A DNA stretch of 64,000 bases, taken from the NCBI GenBank assembly GCA_001189155.1, contig LFCP01000004.1, positions 1,998 through 65,997 of the forward strand, in the 5' to 3' direction. The notes beneath the pieces were generated by a model. The model had not been told where the DNA came from, made no database searches, and saw only the letters and a list, made by a program, of their open reading frames with translations. This DNA is from Parcubacteria bacterium C7867-006. Lineage in GTDB: Bacteria; Patescibacteriota; Minisyncoccia; Phycocordibacterales; DATDWN01. This document shows positions 28,410-37,969 of the stretch, one piece after another; the first letter of the stretch is position 1, and every line of letters begins with the position of its first letter. The position numbers were made by a program, and so were the translations under genes.

Positions 28410-29363
28410 TTATTTAAGTGTTATTCCAAAACTTTCTAGAACTTCTTTAATTTCTGTTAGACCTTTTGATCCTAGACCTTCTATTTCTAGAATATCTTTC
28501 TCTTTCTTTCTAGCCAAACCTCCAACTGTTCGGATGTTTGCGTTTGAAAGAGCATTAAGTGTTCTTGCTGAAAGGTTTAGTGTTTCAATTCGAGTCTTTA
28601 GAGAATCATCATCGATATCCTCTTTTGCAGCAGACTCTTTGTGAGAACTAGAAGACAATATCACATCTTCTTCTTTAAAACCAACTATAGCTTTTAGCTG
28701 GTGAATCATAGTTTCAATAGATTTCTCTAAAGCCTCTTTTGGAGAGATAGTTCCATCTGTTTCAATAAACATTTTTAGTCTGTTGAAATCTGTTCTATCT
28801 CCAACTCGCATATTTTCAACTTCGTAACTAGCTCTTTTTATAGGTGTAAAAATAGCGTCCAAAGTTATATGACCAATATCAACTCGATTTTTCTGTAGTT
28901 CTTCCTTTGATACAAATCCAAGTCCTTTTTCAACTGTTATTTCCATATCAAGATCAGCACTTTTATCAGTTAGGTTTGCAATAACAAGTTCTGGATTCAT
29001 TATTTCAACTCCACCAGTTACTTTTATATCACCAGCTGTAACTTCTTTTACACCTTTTACTTTAAGTGAAAGAGTTTGTGGTTCATCTGATACAACTGAA
29101 AGTCGCATCTTTTTTAGATTCAAAAGAATAGTAATAGCATCTTCTTTTACTCCAGGGATTACTGAAAATTCGTGTGAAATACCAGCTATTTTAACTGATG
29201 TAACAGCTGATCCTGGAAGAGATGATAGGATTATTCTTCTAAGAGAGTTTCCTAGAGTGTGGCCGTAGCCAGGATAAAGACCATCTATTTCGTAAGTTCC
29301 TGAGAACTTTTCTTCAGAGACAATCTTTGGTTTTGAAGGCAATACAATGTTGAAATCAGACAT
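28410..29363 (-). CDS. rpoA: DNA-directed RNA polymerase subunit alpha
   Basis: Alpha NTD/CTD layout, lying between rpsD and rplQ as in the canonical operon. Confidence 0.9.
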   Translation of the reverse strand: MSDFNIVLPSKPKIVSEEKFSGTYEIDGLYPGYGHTLGNSLRRIILSSLPGSAVTSVKIAGISHEFSVIPGVKEDAITILLNLKKMRLSVVSDEPQTLSLKVKGVKEVTAGDIKVTGGVEIMNPELVIANLTDKSADLDMEITVEKGLGFVSKEELQKNRVDIGHITLDAIFTPIKRASYEVENMRVGDRTDFNRLKMFIETDGTISPKEALEKSIETMIHQLKAIVGFKEEDVILSSSSHKESAAKEDIDDDSLKTRIETLNLSARTLNALSNANIRTVGGLARKKEKDILEIEGLGSKGLTEIKEVLESFGITLK

Positions 29364-29431
29364 ATAGGGTGTTGTTATTTAGTTAAATTGTAATTTACGC
29401 AATATACATTATTTCTAATAAAAAATCAATA

Positions 29432-30043
29432 CTATCGACTGTAAAACTCAACCACTGTGTTAAGGTCAAACATATTCTCTGTTTTTACGTATTGTGGCTT
29501 ACCTTGAATCTCCGCAACCTTCTTAACTGCATCAAATTTAATCCAAGATGGAACAGTAGCAGAGTTTTTTATTCTTTCATCTAGGCTAGTAAATAGAGGT
29601 TTCTTTAGTGATCTCTCTGCAATAGTGATTTTATCTCCTATTTTGAGTCTTCTTGATGGAGTATCAACTCTTCTGCCGTTTACTGCTATGTGACCATGAG
29701 AAACCATTTGTCTTGCTCCACTTCTAGTTGGAGAGAAACCTAGTCTGTAAACAACACTGTCTAATCTAAGTTCTAGGAACTCATAAATAGTAGCAGGAGC
29801 ATTTGTTGCTTTTGATTCAATCGCTTCTTTAACGTATGCAGCAAACTGCTTTTCAGGCATACCGTATATAAATCTAGCTTTCTGCTTTTCATTTAGTTGT
29901 AGACCGAATTCAGACTTTGGTTTTGTAAAACCTCTACTCTTTCCTCGTCTCTCTAGGTGAAGTGCATATTTTTGAGTTTGAGTTTTCTCAAATATTGGTG
30001 CCCCTAGGCGTCTCGCTATTTTATATTTTGGTCCTGTTATCAT
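29432..30043 (-). CDS. rpsD: 30S ribosomal protein S4
   Basis: S4 N-terminal region plus S4 RNA-binding domain. Confidence 0.9.
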   Translation of the reverse strand: MITGPKYKIARRLGAPIFEKTQTQKYALHLERRGKSRGFTKPKSEFGLQLNEKQKARFIYGMPEKQFAAYVKEAIESKATNAPATIYEFLELRLDSVVYRLGFSPTRSGARQMVSHGHIAVNGRRVDTPSRRLKIGDKITIAERSLKKPLFTSLDERIKNSATVPSWIKFDAVKKVAEIQGKPQYVKTENMFDLNTVVEFYSR

Positions 30044-30061
30044 AATTTTTTTATTAAAATA

Positions 30062-30487
30062 CTATACTCTTCTTGGTTTTTTAGGTTTTGGCCCGTTGTG
30101 AGGGACAGGAGTTACATCTTTGATTGAGTTAATGTTTATTCCTTTTGAAATAAATCCTCTAATTCCTGATTCTCGTCCTGATCCAACTCCTTTTACCACA
30201 ACAGCTACTTCTTTCATTCCCATAGTTGCTGCTTTTGCTCCTAGAATCTCACCAACCTTTGCCGCTGCAAATGGAGTTCCCTTTTTTGCACCCTTAAATC
30301 CGATAGCTCCAGATGAAGATGTTGCTAAAACATTACCTTTTGCGTCTGTAAGAACGATCTGAGTGTTGTTATATGTAGACTGAACATATAGAGTTCCAGT
30401 TTCAACTTTTTTCTTAGATACGGTAGGAGTAGCTACTTTTGTAGCCTCTGCACCGTCCCCTGTTTTTACTATACGTTTCTTTCCCAT
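30062..30487 (-). CDS. rpsK: 30S ribosomal protein S11
   Basis: S11 family sequence (C-terminal PHNGCRPPKRRRV-like tail: PHNGPKPKKPRRV). Confidence 0.9.
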   Translation of the reverse strand: MGKKRIVKTGDGAEATKVATPTVSKKKVETGTLYVQSTYNNTQIVLTDAKGNVLATSSSGAIGFKGAKKGTPFAAAKVGEILGAKAATMGMKEVAVVVKGVGSGRESGIRGFISKGININSIKDVTPVPHNGPKPKKPRRV

Positions 30488-30508
30488 ATTATTTTTATTT
30501 ATTTACTG

Positions 30509-30886
30509 TTATTTCTTATCAGCGGTCTTTCGTCCAGTACCCATAGTTTTCTTCGCTCCTCTCTTTGTTCTGGCGTTTGTTTTTGTTCTCTGACCTCTAG
30601 TTGGAAGATTTCTAGCATGTCGTGAGCCTCTGTAAGTTTTGATATCTTTTAGTCGTTTTATGTTACCAGCAACCTCTCTTTTTAGGTCTCCTTCGATTTT
30701 TATACTCTCGATAACCTTTCTAATAGCGTTTTCCTGGTCAACAGTCAAATCCTTTGGTTTTAAACCATATTCAACTTTTGCTTTATTTAAAATGGTATGA
30801 GCTAATGGTCGTCCAACTCCATAAAGGACTGTTAGGCCAATTTCAATTCTCTTATTCTCCGGTAGTGTTATTCCTAGTATTCTCAT
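30509..30886 (-). CDS. rpsM: 30S ribosomal protein S13
   Basis: Starts MRILGITLPENKRIEIGLT. The ORF-track N-terminal extension is not real because it overlaps rpmJ. Confidence 0.9.
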   Translation of the reverse strand: MRILGITLPENKRIEIGLTVLYGVGRPLAHTILNKAKVEYGLKPKDLTVDQENAIRKVIESIKIEGDLKREVAGNIKRLKDIKTYRGSRHARNLPTRGQRTKTNARTKRGAKKTMGTGRKTADKK

Positions 30887-30899
30887 TTTTTTATTTGTT

Positions 30900-31016
30900 T
30901 TATCCTTGTCTTTGCTTATGTCTGGCGTTAAGTTTGCATACAACATAAACATAGCCCTTTCTTCGGACCACCTGGCAACCTGAACAAATTTTTTTAACTG
31001 AAGATTTTACTTTCAT
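30900..31016 (-). CDS. rpmJ: 50S ribosomal protein L36 (38 aa). Absent from the ORF track because it is under 60 aa
   Basis: Minus-strand translation [38 protein letters not shown] matches the L36 zinc-ribbon pattern (C-x2-C ... C ... H). It sits in the canonical infA-rpmJ-rpsM position. Confidence 0.8.
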   Translation of the reverse strand: MKVKSSVKKICSGCQVVRRKGYVYVVCKLNARHKQRQG

Positions 31017-31047
31017 TTTTTAACAATTTAAATCAAAATAATACACC

Positions 31048-31269
31048 CTAGCCTCGTTTTACTATACGGCCCTTGCCTCCATATGGTTCAAGTTCAACAG
31101 CGACCCTGTCACCAACCATAACTCTGATTCGGTGAAGGCGCATTTTACCAGACAAATATGTCAACATTTCCTCGCCGTTGTCGTCTCTTTTGACTTTAAA
31201 AAAGGTGTTAGGTAATGCCTCAATAACTTGAGCACTAACTACTACTTCTTTTTTGTTAGGTTCTTGCAT
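31048..31269 (-). CDS. infA: translation initiation factor IF-1
   Basis: S1-like OB fold. KMRLHRIRVMVGDRVAVELEPYGGKGRIV is the IF-1 signature. Confidence 0.9.
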   Translation of the reverse strand: MQEPNKKEVVVSAQVIEALPNTFFKVKRDDNGEEMLTYLSGKMRLHRIRVMVGDRVAVELEPYGGKGRIVKRG

Positions 31270-31335
31270 TATTTTGATCCCAATTTCAATTCAGACGTCT
31301 TTTAAGTAACAGGTAGTATGGTAACAGAATTAGCC

Positions 31336-32811
31336 CTATTTCGTCAAGGTATTTATTAAGGTCACCTTATTTGTGTCTGTTGGAACGGTTTGATTCCAGA
31401 ATGGCTGTGTTTCAATCCATGTTTCTTTTATTGTTGGGTACTTAGAAACAATGTTTTTAGCCTCTTTCTTTGAAAGACCCAGGAGTTCTGATTTTATTTT
31501 GTTTTCATCAACAACCCAAACGAATTGAGGAACTCCTTTTAGAGAAAAAGTTATAGAATTAGCCGTATTTATATCCACTGGAGATTGTGTTGCATATTCA
31601 AAATTCAATGAATCTAGGTTGGTTATTTTTACAACATCATTAGTTGAATCAGGAGATAGTTTTGCTAAAAGAGTTCTAGAAAGAACTCCTTTATCAAAAA
31701 TAACAGCAGAGGCAACACCTTTCTTTTTCAAAACCGCACCACCAGTTGAGCTATTAGTTTGTGTAATAGCTTCAAGTTTGTAAGTTAGTGATGATGAGAA
31801 TAAAACATAATCTGCCGGTATTTGAGCTGTTATATCTTTTGCTAGGGTCTCTTTTAGAGTTTTTTCCAATTCTGTATTAGTTTGGTTTATTATAGCTTCC
31901 GAAACTATCTTTTGCATACCAGAAAATCCTCCTGTCATTTCAGTTTTTGATCTAGCGTATACTTTCGTATATTTAGGATCGCCTTTAAAGCCTGGAATGG
32001 TGAAATCCTTATATGAAATATTGTATTCAGCCCCTGTTTTGTCTGCTTCAACTACAGCATCAACACTACCAGCCACTGTTTTACCCGACTTTACTGATGT
32101 ACCTGGCACTGTAACTGGACTTACAAGCCTATATATAAGGCCTTCTGGAGTCTCAAACCTTGTTGTTGCTACTAGTTTTTGAGATTGAGAGCTATATGTA
32201 TTGTATATTGTTATTGTACCTCTAGCTTTTTTATCAACTCGGGCTTCACCTGTAGCTTCTACACTTTTTTCTACTTCTTTAACCACTGTGACAACCTGAA
32301 AACCTAACCCACCAGACGAGATATCTTTTTTGGCAGTAAACGAATCGTTTAGAGGGATACTTATATTTTTTGGAGTTATTGTTATTTTTGCACTTTTGAA
32401 AAATGCAGATATTCCGAATGCTCCAAGGATAACTAATACAAAAACACTGGTATATAAAATCTTTTTACTAGGTTTTTTGGGTTCATCAAACTCGTATTTA
32501 TAAGACGAATTAATTATTGGCGGTTTATTGTTCCCAACAGGAGCTTCTACTCTAACTGGGGCTGATACCTCAGTTTTTATTGATACGGGTCTAGAAAAAT
32601 CCTCTAGCATAGGTTCAGGTTTAGGAGCTTCTTCTCTATTTATTTTAGGCGCAGTTCTTCTTGGAGCAATATCTAGTCCAGCTGATCTAGATGGTAATTT
32701 TACGTTACGTATTGATTTTTTAGGTGGAATTACGTCTTGTACCAAATTTTTATTAGCCATTTTCTTTTGAAAAATATTTTTAGAAAAATACCTTCTATCA
32801 TTGTAACGCAA
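31336..32811 (-). CDS. hypothetical bitopic membrane protein (cytoplasmic Pro/Lys-rich N-terminus, one TM, large extracytoplasmic domain)
   Basis: TM helix ILYTSVFVLVILGAFGISAFF. No motif recognised. Downstream of an FtsA/PilM-like gene. Confidence 0.4.
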   Translation of the reverse strand: MRYNDRRYFSKNIFQKKMANKNLVQDVIPPKKSIRNVKLPSRSAGLDIAPRRTAPKINREEAPKPEPMLEDFSRPVSIKTEVSAPVRVEAPVGNNKPPIINSSYKYEFDEPKKPSKKILYTSVFVLVILGAFGISAFFKSAKITITPKNISIPLNDSFTAKKDISSGGLGFQVVTVVKEVEKSVEATGEARVDKKARGTITIYNTYSSQSQKLVATTRFETPEGLIYRLVSPVTVPGTSVKSGKTVAGSVDAVVEADKTGAEYNISYKDFTIPGFKGDPKYTKVYARSKTEMTGGFSGMQKIVSEAIINQTNTELEKTLKETLAKDITAQIPADYVLFSSSLTYKLEAITQTNSSTGGAVLKKKGVASAVIFDKGVLSRTLLAKLSPDSTNDVVKITNLDSLNFEYATQSPVDINTANSITFSLKGVPQFVWVVDENKIKSELLGLSKKEAKNIVSKYPTIKETWIETQPFWNQTVPTDTNKVTLINTLTK

Positions 32812-32845
32812 AGACCTATATTTGCCAACGATAAAATCCTGTGGA

Positions 32846-34051
32846 TTATTTTGTGTTTATTAGTTTTTTATAAAAAAGAGCTACAAAAGTAATGAACTCG
32901 TCTATCTTTCCTACAGCTTGGTTTTTGATAAATTTAGAAACAACAATTTCATCTATTATATTTATGTTTAACATTTTTCTAAAAATAGAAGTTGTATCAG
33001 TTTTTGGCATTTTCAAAAATTCTGTATATATGTGTACAACATCACTATCTGACATTAAGTATATATTTGAAGGTAAATTAATAGTTGGAGATAGTTCCAC
33101 TAAAGCATTTTCTAGATATATAGCCCATTCTTTTTCAATTTCAGCTATAACCTCGTGCATTTTTTGATTTACAGAATCATCAGACTTGTCGGAGCTAAAC
33201 ATGTGGAGCATAGACTCCGCTATCTCAGGAGTAACGTCAAAATTTTTACTTATTTGTCTTAATATGAAATTTCTACCAGAAGGTATAGATACATTTTGTT
33301 TAATAACAAAATCCTGTACAAGTGTTAGATCGGTTACATCTCCGGAGACATCACATATCAAGAAATCCCCACCTGCGCTGAAAAAATCTCTAACAACCGC
33401 AAAAGAGACTACTGGGAATGTATGAAACTTGAAATCATCTTTGTGTATGTGCGCATATCTTAGGACAATATCTTGTATTTTATATACAAGGCCCACATCC
33501 ATAGCCGACATACAAAGAAAAGCCTCTAAGCTTTTTGTTTTTTTATCTAATATATTTTGAAGTTCATAGCCATTAATTTTTGTATGTAAAACATTTTTCT
33601 CTATAACCTCAAAAGCATCAGGTCTTTCAGGATAAAGTTCTGATTTAAATATGTTTTCTTCCTGTGAAATTACATCATTTAAAAATGATTCCGTAACAAT
33701 AAAATCCTTCTCGTGAGAAAGTGAAAGATGTTTAGTTTTTATCGCAAACCATGGAGATGAGAAAGATATAATTCCACCAGAAAGCTTTTTTGATTTATTA
33801 TTCCAGTATTTATGATTAAAACCTTCTTTTACGAGTTCTTTTAGTTGTAAATCTAATATGGATAGTAGAGATTCTATTAGCCGATTAGCATCTGCTTTGT
33901 CCCCGACAGGATGTGTTGCTGTTTTAGAGTACAAAAAAGTAGGTAATTCTTCAGCATTAAAAACTACCATTGCTGATGTAACTGTACTGCTACCAACATC
34001 AATAACGAGAGAAACTTTTTCTTTTTCATTCCCAAATGAGAATATAGACAT
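32846..34051 (-). CDS. actin-fold ATPase of the FtsA/PilM family
   Basis: N-terminal LVIDVGSSTVTSAM phosphate-1 motif, DVSGDVTDLTLV phosphate-2-like motif, and SIPSGRNFI resembling FtsA GG-motif. Confidence 0.55.
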   Translation of the reverse strand: MSIFSFGNEKEKVSLVIDVGSSTVTSAMVVFNAEELPTFLYSKTATHPVGDKADANRLIESLLSILDLQLKELVKEGFNHKYWNNKSKKLSGGIISFSSPWFAIKTKHLSLSHEKDFIVTESFLNDVISQEENIFKSELYPERPDAFEVIEKNVLHTKINGYELQNILDKKTKSLEAFLCMSAMDVGLVYKIQDIVLRYAHIHKDDFKFHTFPVVSFAVVRDFFSAGGDFLICDVSGDVTDLTLVQDFVIKQNVSIPSGRNFILRQISKNFDVTPEIAESMLHMFSSDKSDDSVNQKMHEVIAEIEKEWAIYLENALVELSPTINLPSNIYLMSDSDVVHIYTEFLKMPKTDTTSIFRKMLNINIIDEIVVSKFIKNQAVGKIDEFITFVALFYKKLINTK

Positions 34052-34071
34052 ACATTTATTCTAACACAATT

Positions 34072-35826
34072 TTACTCCAAGACAGCTTTGATGCGCCTGA
34101 CGCCAGCCGAAACAGCCTCCTCTTTTGCAATTTTGAATCGTCCAAGCACCCCAGTATTTTCTACATGAGGACCTCCACAGAACTCTTTTGAGTAGGCAGA
34201 GTCTAATGAGTCTCCAATATAATAAACATTTACTTCATCTGGATACTTCTCTCCAAAAAAGTGTAGGGCTCCAGTTTTTTCAGCTTCCTCTTTTTTCATA
34301 ACCTCCTTTTTAACAGGTAGATTTAATTGAATTTTTTCATTAACAATATCTTCAACTTTTTTCTTTTCCTCATCGGTCATTTTTCTTTCAAAGGCAAAAT
34401 CGAAACGCAGTCTTTCTGTTGTTATATTACTTCCTTTTTGTTGTACTGATTCACCTAAAACATCCCTCAGGGCTTGGTGTAGTAGGTGTGTTGCTGTATG
34501 GTATTTTGTTTCTACTTCTCCAGTTCCAGCTAAACCTCCTTTGAATTTTTGTTCACTACCTGCGCGAGAAAGTTCTTGGTGCTTTTTAAATTCCTCGTTA
34601 AATTTTTCTTCGTCTATAACAGTTCCTCTTTCTTTGGCTAACTCTTTTGTTATCTCAATAGGAAAACCATATGTTGTAAACAAAACAAACGGGTCAATAC
34701 CTTTTTCAAATTGTTTTATTCCATCCTCTAGAGTTTTTGTAAATTTATTAACCTCTTCTTCTATTTTTTGTGTAACTGAAGTAAGGTTTTGCTTAATTTC
34801 TGGATAAGAGGCCTCATATTTGTCAGAGATTATATTAACTAAACTAGATATTTCCTGATTATCTAGCTTTCTTTTATCTGTTTTAAGAACCGCTCTCCTT
34901 AAAAGCCGCCTCAAAATATACCCTCTATCTGTATTTGATGGGCTGACTCCGTCTACAATCATAAATACAGCAGTTCTTATATGATCAGCAATTATTCTTT
35001 GATTTTTTAAACTTCCTGTTAGATTTTTTGTATTTTTTATTAAATCTGAGAATATATCTGTTTCAAAAACACTAGATTTACCCTGAACAACAGCAATCAT
35101 TCTTTCAAATCCAGCGCCAGTATCAACATTTTTGTTTTCTAGTTTACCAACAACTTTACCATCCTTTGACAAAAACTCCATAAATACGTTGTTCCAAATC
35201 TCAACCACTTTTTGTTCATCATCAGCTTTTAAATACTGTTCCAAACTCATCCCCTCAGTTATGTTTCCTGTCAAATCATAAAACATTTCTGTATCTGGTC
35301 CACATGGTCCATTTGGTCCAGCACTCCACCAGTTTTTATTTGCAGGCCGAAAATATATTCGCTCTCCCGTGACTCCATTTTTCTCAAAAATTTCTTTCCA
35401 GATAGTGGCCGACTCTTCATCTCGAGGTGCATTCTCATCCCCTTCAAAACAAGTAACATAAAGTCTCTGAGGATCTAGCCCAAAACCCTCTTCCTTTGAT
35501 GTTAGTAACTCATAGCTCCAGTTTATTGACTCAGATTTCCAATAATCACCCAAAGACCAGTTACCAAGCATCTCAAAAAAAGTAAGATGTGTATTGTCTC
35601 CAACTTCATCTATATCGTTTGTTCTTACGCATTTTTGTACGTCAGCAAGCCTTGTCCCTTGTGGGTGCTTTTCCCCAAGTAGGTACGGGACTAAAGGTTG
35701 CATTCCAGCCGTGTTGAACAAAACAGAAGGATCATTTTCTGGAACAAGAGATGCGGATGGAATTATGGCGTGGCCTCTTTTTTCAAAGAAAGTAAGAAAC
35801 CTCTGTCTAATCTCGTTTGATGTCAT
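34072..35826 (-). CDS. alaS: alanyl-tRNA synthetase, truncated form lacking the C-terminal C-Ala domain
   Basis: N-terminal MTSNEIRQRFLTFFEKRGH plus the editing-domain HxxxH (HTATHLLH) and CxxxH (CGGPHV) motifs. About 585 aa. Confidence 0.85.
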   Translation of the reverse strand: MTSNEIRQRFLTFFEKRGHAIIPSASLVPENDPSVLFNTAGMQPLVPYLLGEKHPQGTRLADVQKCVRTNDIDEVGDNTHLTFFEMLGNWSLGDYWKSESINWSYELLTSKEEGFGLDPQRLYVTCFEGDENAPRDEESATIWKEIFEKNGVTGERIYFRPANKNWWSAGPNGPCGPDTEMFYDLTGNITEGMSLEQYLKADDEQKVVEIWNNVFMEFLSKDGKVVGKLENKNVDTGAGFERMIAVVQGKSSVFETDIFSDLIKNTKNLTGSLKNQRIIADHIRTAVFMIVDGVSPSNTDRGYILRRLLRRAVLKTDKRKLDNQEISSLVNIISDKYEASYPEIKQNLTSVTQKIEEEVNKFTKTLEDGIKQFEKGIDPFVLFTTYGFPIEITKELAKERGTVIDEEKFNEEFKKHQELSRAGSEQKFKGGLAGTGEVETKYHTATHLLHQALRDVLGESVQQKGSNITTERLRFDFAFERKMTDEEKKKVEDIVNEKIQLNLPVKKEVMKKEEAEKTGALHFFGEKYPDEVNVYYIGDSLDSAYSKEFCGGPHVENTGVLGRFKIAKEEAVSAGVRRIKAVLE

Positions 35827-35856
35827 AGCGTTATAATTACACAAAATGAACTTATT

Positions 35857-36474
35857 TTAAAGATACTGTATATATTTCTTCAATACTTGAAAATCCTGAA
35901 CCAAAGTATCTTTATTTGAGCCATTATATAAAGTAACAGCCGGATGATATAAAGGTATAATCACAACTGAACCAAAATAGGTATCAATCTTGAACTCTTT
36001 TCCATGTAAATCACCGATAGTTCCGAGTTTATCTGAAAGATTAAAGCGATTAAATATATATTCCATTGAAAATCTACCCAAAGTAGCAATAACTTTTGGT
36101 TGTATTATATCAATCTGTTCGTCCAAAAAAGGAGCATAAATTTTTATTTCCTCTGGGCTTGGGTCTCTATTCTCTGGGGGTCTATCTTTTACTATGTTAG
36201 TTATATAAACATCACTTCTATTTAAACTAATCGATTCGAGCATTTCATCTAAAACTTTTCCAGATTTACCACAAAAAGGTCTGGCTGTTTCAGCTTCATT
36301 TTTTCCAGGGGCCTCACCAATAAACATTATGTGAGCAACAAGACTCCCCTCTCCAACAACAGGAAAATATTTATTTTGAACTCTGTATTCATATAACGGG
36401 GATTCTTTAAGATGTAGAACTTGATCCCTAACATTTTTCATCTTATCGAACTTTTCTTCAAGTGAAAATGACAT
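35857..36474 (-). CDS. uracil-DNA glycosylase, family 4
   Basis: FIGEAPGKNEAETARPFCGKSGKVLD, the family-4 UDG motif GEAPG..E ... F.G..G. Confidence 0.7.
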   Translation of the reverse strand: MSFSLEEKFDKMKNVRDQVLHLKESPLYEYRVQNKYFPVVGEGSLVAHIMFIGEAPGKNEAETARPFCGKSGKVLDEMLESISLNRSDVYITNIVKDRPPENRDPSPEEIKIYAPFLDEQIDIIQPKVIATLGRFSMEYIFNRFNLSDKLGTIGDLHGKEFKIDTYFGSVVIIPLYHPAVTLYNGSNKDTLVQDFQVLKKYIQYL

Positions 36475-36478
36475 ATTT

Positions 36479-37111
36479 TTATTTTTTATTCTTCTCTTTG
36501 CTCTTATAAGAAACCGCTACCTTTTTGTTATCAAACCACCAAGCATTTGAGTCTGTCTTCATTATTTCGTTTACAATTTTTTTAGCATTTTCTGTTTTTA
36601 TTCTTTTTACCGCATGCTCGGCCCACTTTAATGCTCTGGTATTACCTTGATCAACTTGTTCTTTTAAAGCCATTATCCATTCAATATTATCTGCATCTTT
36701 AACCAAAATAGACTCTTTACTTTGCCTATCTTCATATTCCTCAATGATTCCAAAAATTTCTTCACCAAAAGATATTGAGTCTGCTATGTCACGATGTGCA
36801 GCTTCTTCTTTTCTTTCAACATATTTTTGATGAACATAGTTCAAATCAGATATTCTGGTTTCTGATATATCATGAAATAAACACATTTCTAAAACTTTTG
36901 AAATGTTGACTGTACCGTCCATCATGGCTAAGGCATATCCTATATAACAAACGCGGTTTATGTGTTCAGCCACAGATTGATCACCGGTTCCTAAAAAGTG
37001 AAAACCACTTCTTGGAGTTTTTGATAAAATTCCAACCTCAAAAAGGAAATTTGCTGTATTTTTATAATCACTTTTTGATTTTTTATTACTTTTTTTCATT
37101 TTATAACGCAT
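36479..37111 (-). CDS. HD-domain phosphohydrolase, YfbR-like 5'-deoxynucleotidase family
   Basis: FLFEVGILSKTPRSGFHFLG ... ESVAEH-like (QSVAEH) ... LFHDISE. HD motif present. Confidence 0.6.
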   Translation of the reverse strand: MRYKMKKSNKKSKSDYKNTANFLFEVGILSKTPRSGFHFLGTGDQSVAEHINRVCYIGYALAMMDGTVNISKVLEMCLFHDISETRISDLNYVHQKYVERKEEAAHRDIADSISFGEEIFGIIEEYEDRQSKESILVKDADNIEWIMALKEQVDQGNTRALKWAEHAVKRIKTENAKKIVNEIMKTDSNAWWFDNKKVAVSYKSKEKNKK

Positions 37112-37934
37112 CTATCTCATCTATCACTTTTTTTATTTCAGTATCCTTAATCCCAATATCAGAAAGTAATTCTGGCTTTTCTATAATAGATTTACACAAA
37201 ACAATACCTTGATCCAAAAGAGCTTTTTTCTCATGAGTATTTAGGCTAACCAAACAAGTAAGTGGATGAAGTTTTGATTCTATTATTAGATCATGAAGAT
37301 TACCTATTGGAGGATAGTTCCAACCAATCATTCTAATGCCTCCCTGACAGCTACCGTATTCTATGGCTGTAGAAGTGAATTTTGTATTTGTAACAAGCCA
37401 CGCCTCATCCAACTCTCTTTCCTTTCCATAATTAAATTTCATTTTTCGTAAATCATCAAAACGAGCCTTAACATACAAAATAACTTTCAAATCAGATTTT
37501 GTCCCACCTTCATTGTGGAATTTAGCCTCAACCATAATAAGCTCCTTATCATTCCAAGCAACTACATCTATTTCGTGAGCAACACAAGAGCCTTTTACTA
37601 TTTGTCCTGTTTTTGCTTCAAAACCTTTATTTCTAAATATCTCTGCTACAAAATCCTCAAAAGGAAAACCTGAGGGTCCCAATTCTGAGATAGCTTTTTT
37701 TAGAGAATATTTTATTGCGATTGGTTTTTCTTCTTTATGAAGAAGCTCAAAAGCATGTTTATAAATATTATGAGTTGTAATATCTTGTTTAAGATGACCA
37801 TAAACATGGTTTATGATATCTCGAGTAGCTTTAGTAGAAGCGCCAGCACGTTTTAGAGAAAATTCTAATTTTTTTTCATCAAATGGTTCTTTTGTTCCGT
37901 CTGCTTTAATGACATAAATTGGTTCTGTATGCAT
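37101..37934 (-). CDS. ATP-cone domain fused to an Mrr-like PD-(D/E)xK restriction-endonuclease-fold domain
   Basis: N-terminal ATP-cone pattern (VIKADGTKEPFDEKKLEFSLKRAG). C-terminal FEDFVAEIFRNKGFEA ... HEIDVVAW ... IMVEAKF matches the Mrr_cat motifs (D ... E-x-K). Confidence 0.55.
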   Translation of the reverse strand: MHTEPIYVIKADGTKEPFDEKKLEFSLKRAGASTKATRDIINHVYGHLKQDITTHNIYKHAFELLHKEEKPIAIKYSLKKAISELGPSGFPFEDFVAEIFRNKGFEAKTGQIVKGSCVAHEIDVVAWNDKELIMVEAKFHNEGGTKSDLKVILYVKARFDDLRKMKFNYGKERELDEAWLVTNTKFTSTAIEYGSCQGGIRMIGWNYPPIGNLHDLIIESKLHPLTCLVSLNTHEKKALLDQGIVLCKSIIEKPELLSDIGIKDTEIKKVIDEIDAL

Positions 37935-37969
37935 AAAACCATTATCTCATATCCATGTTTTCGGGCAAA

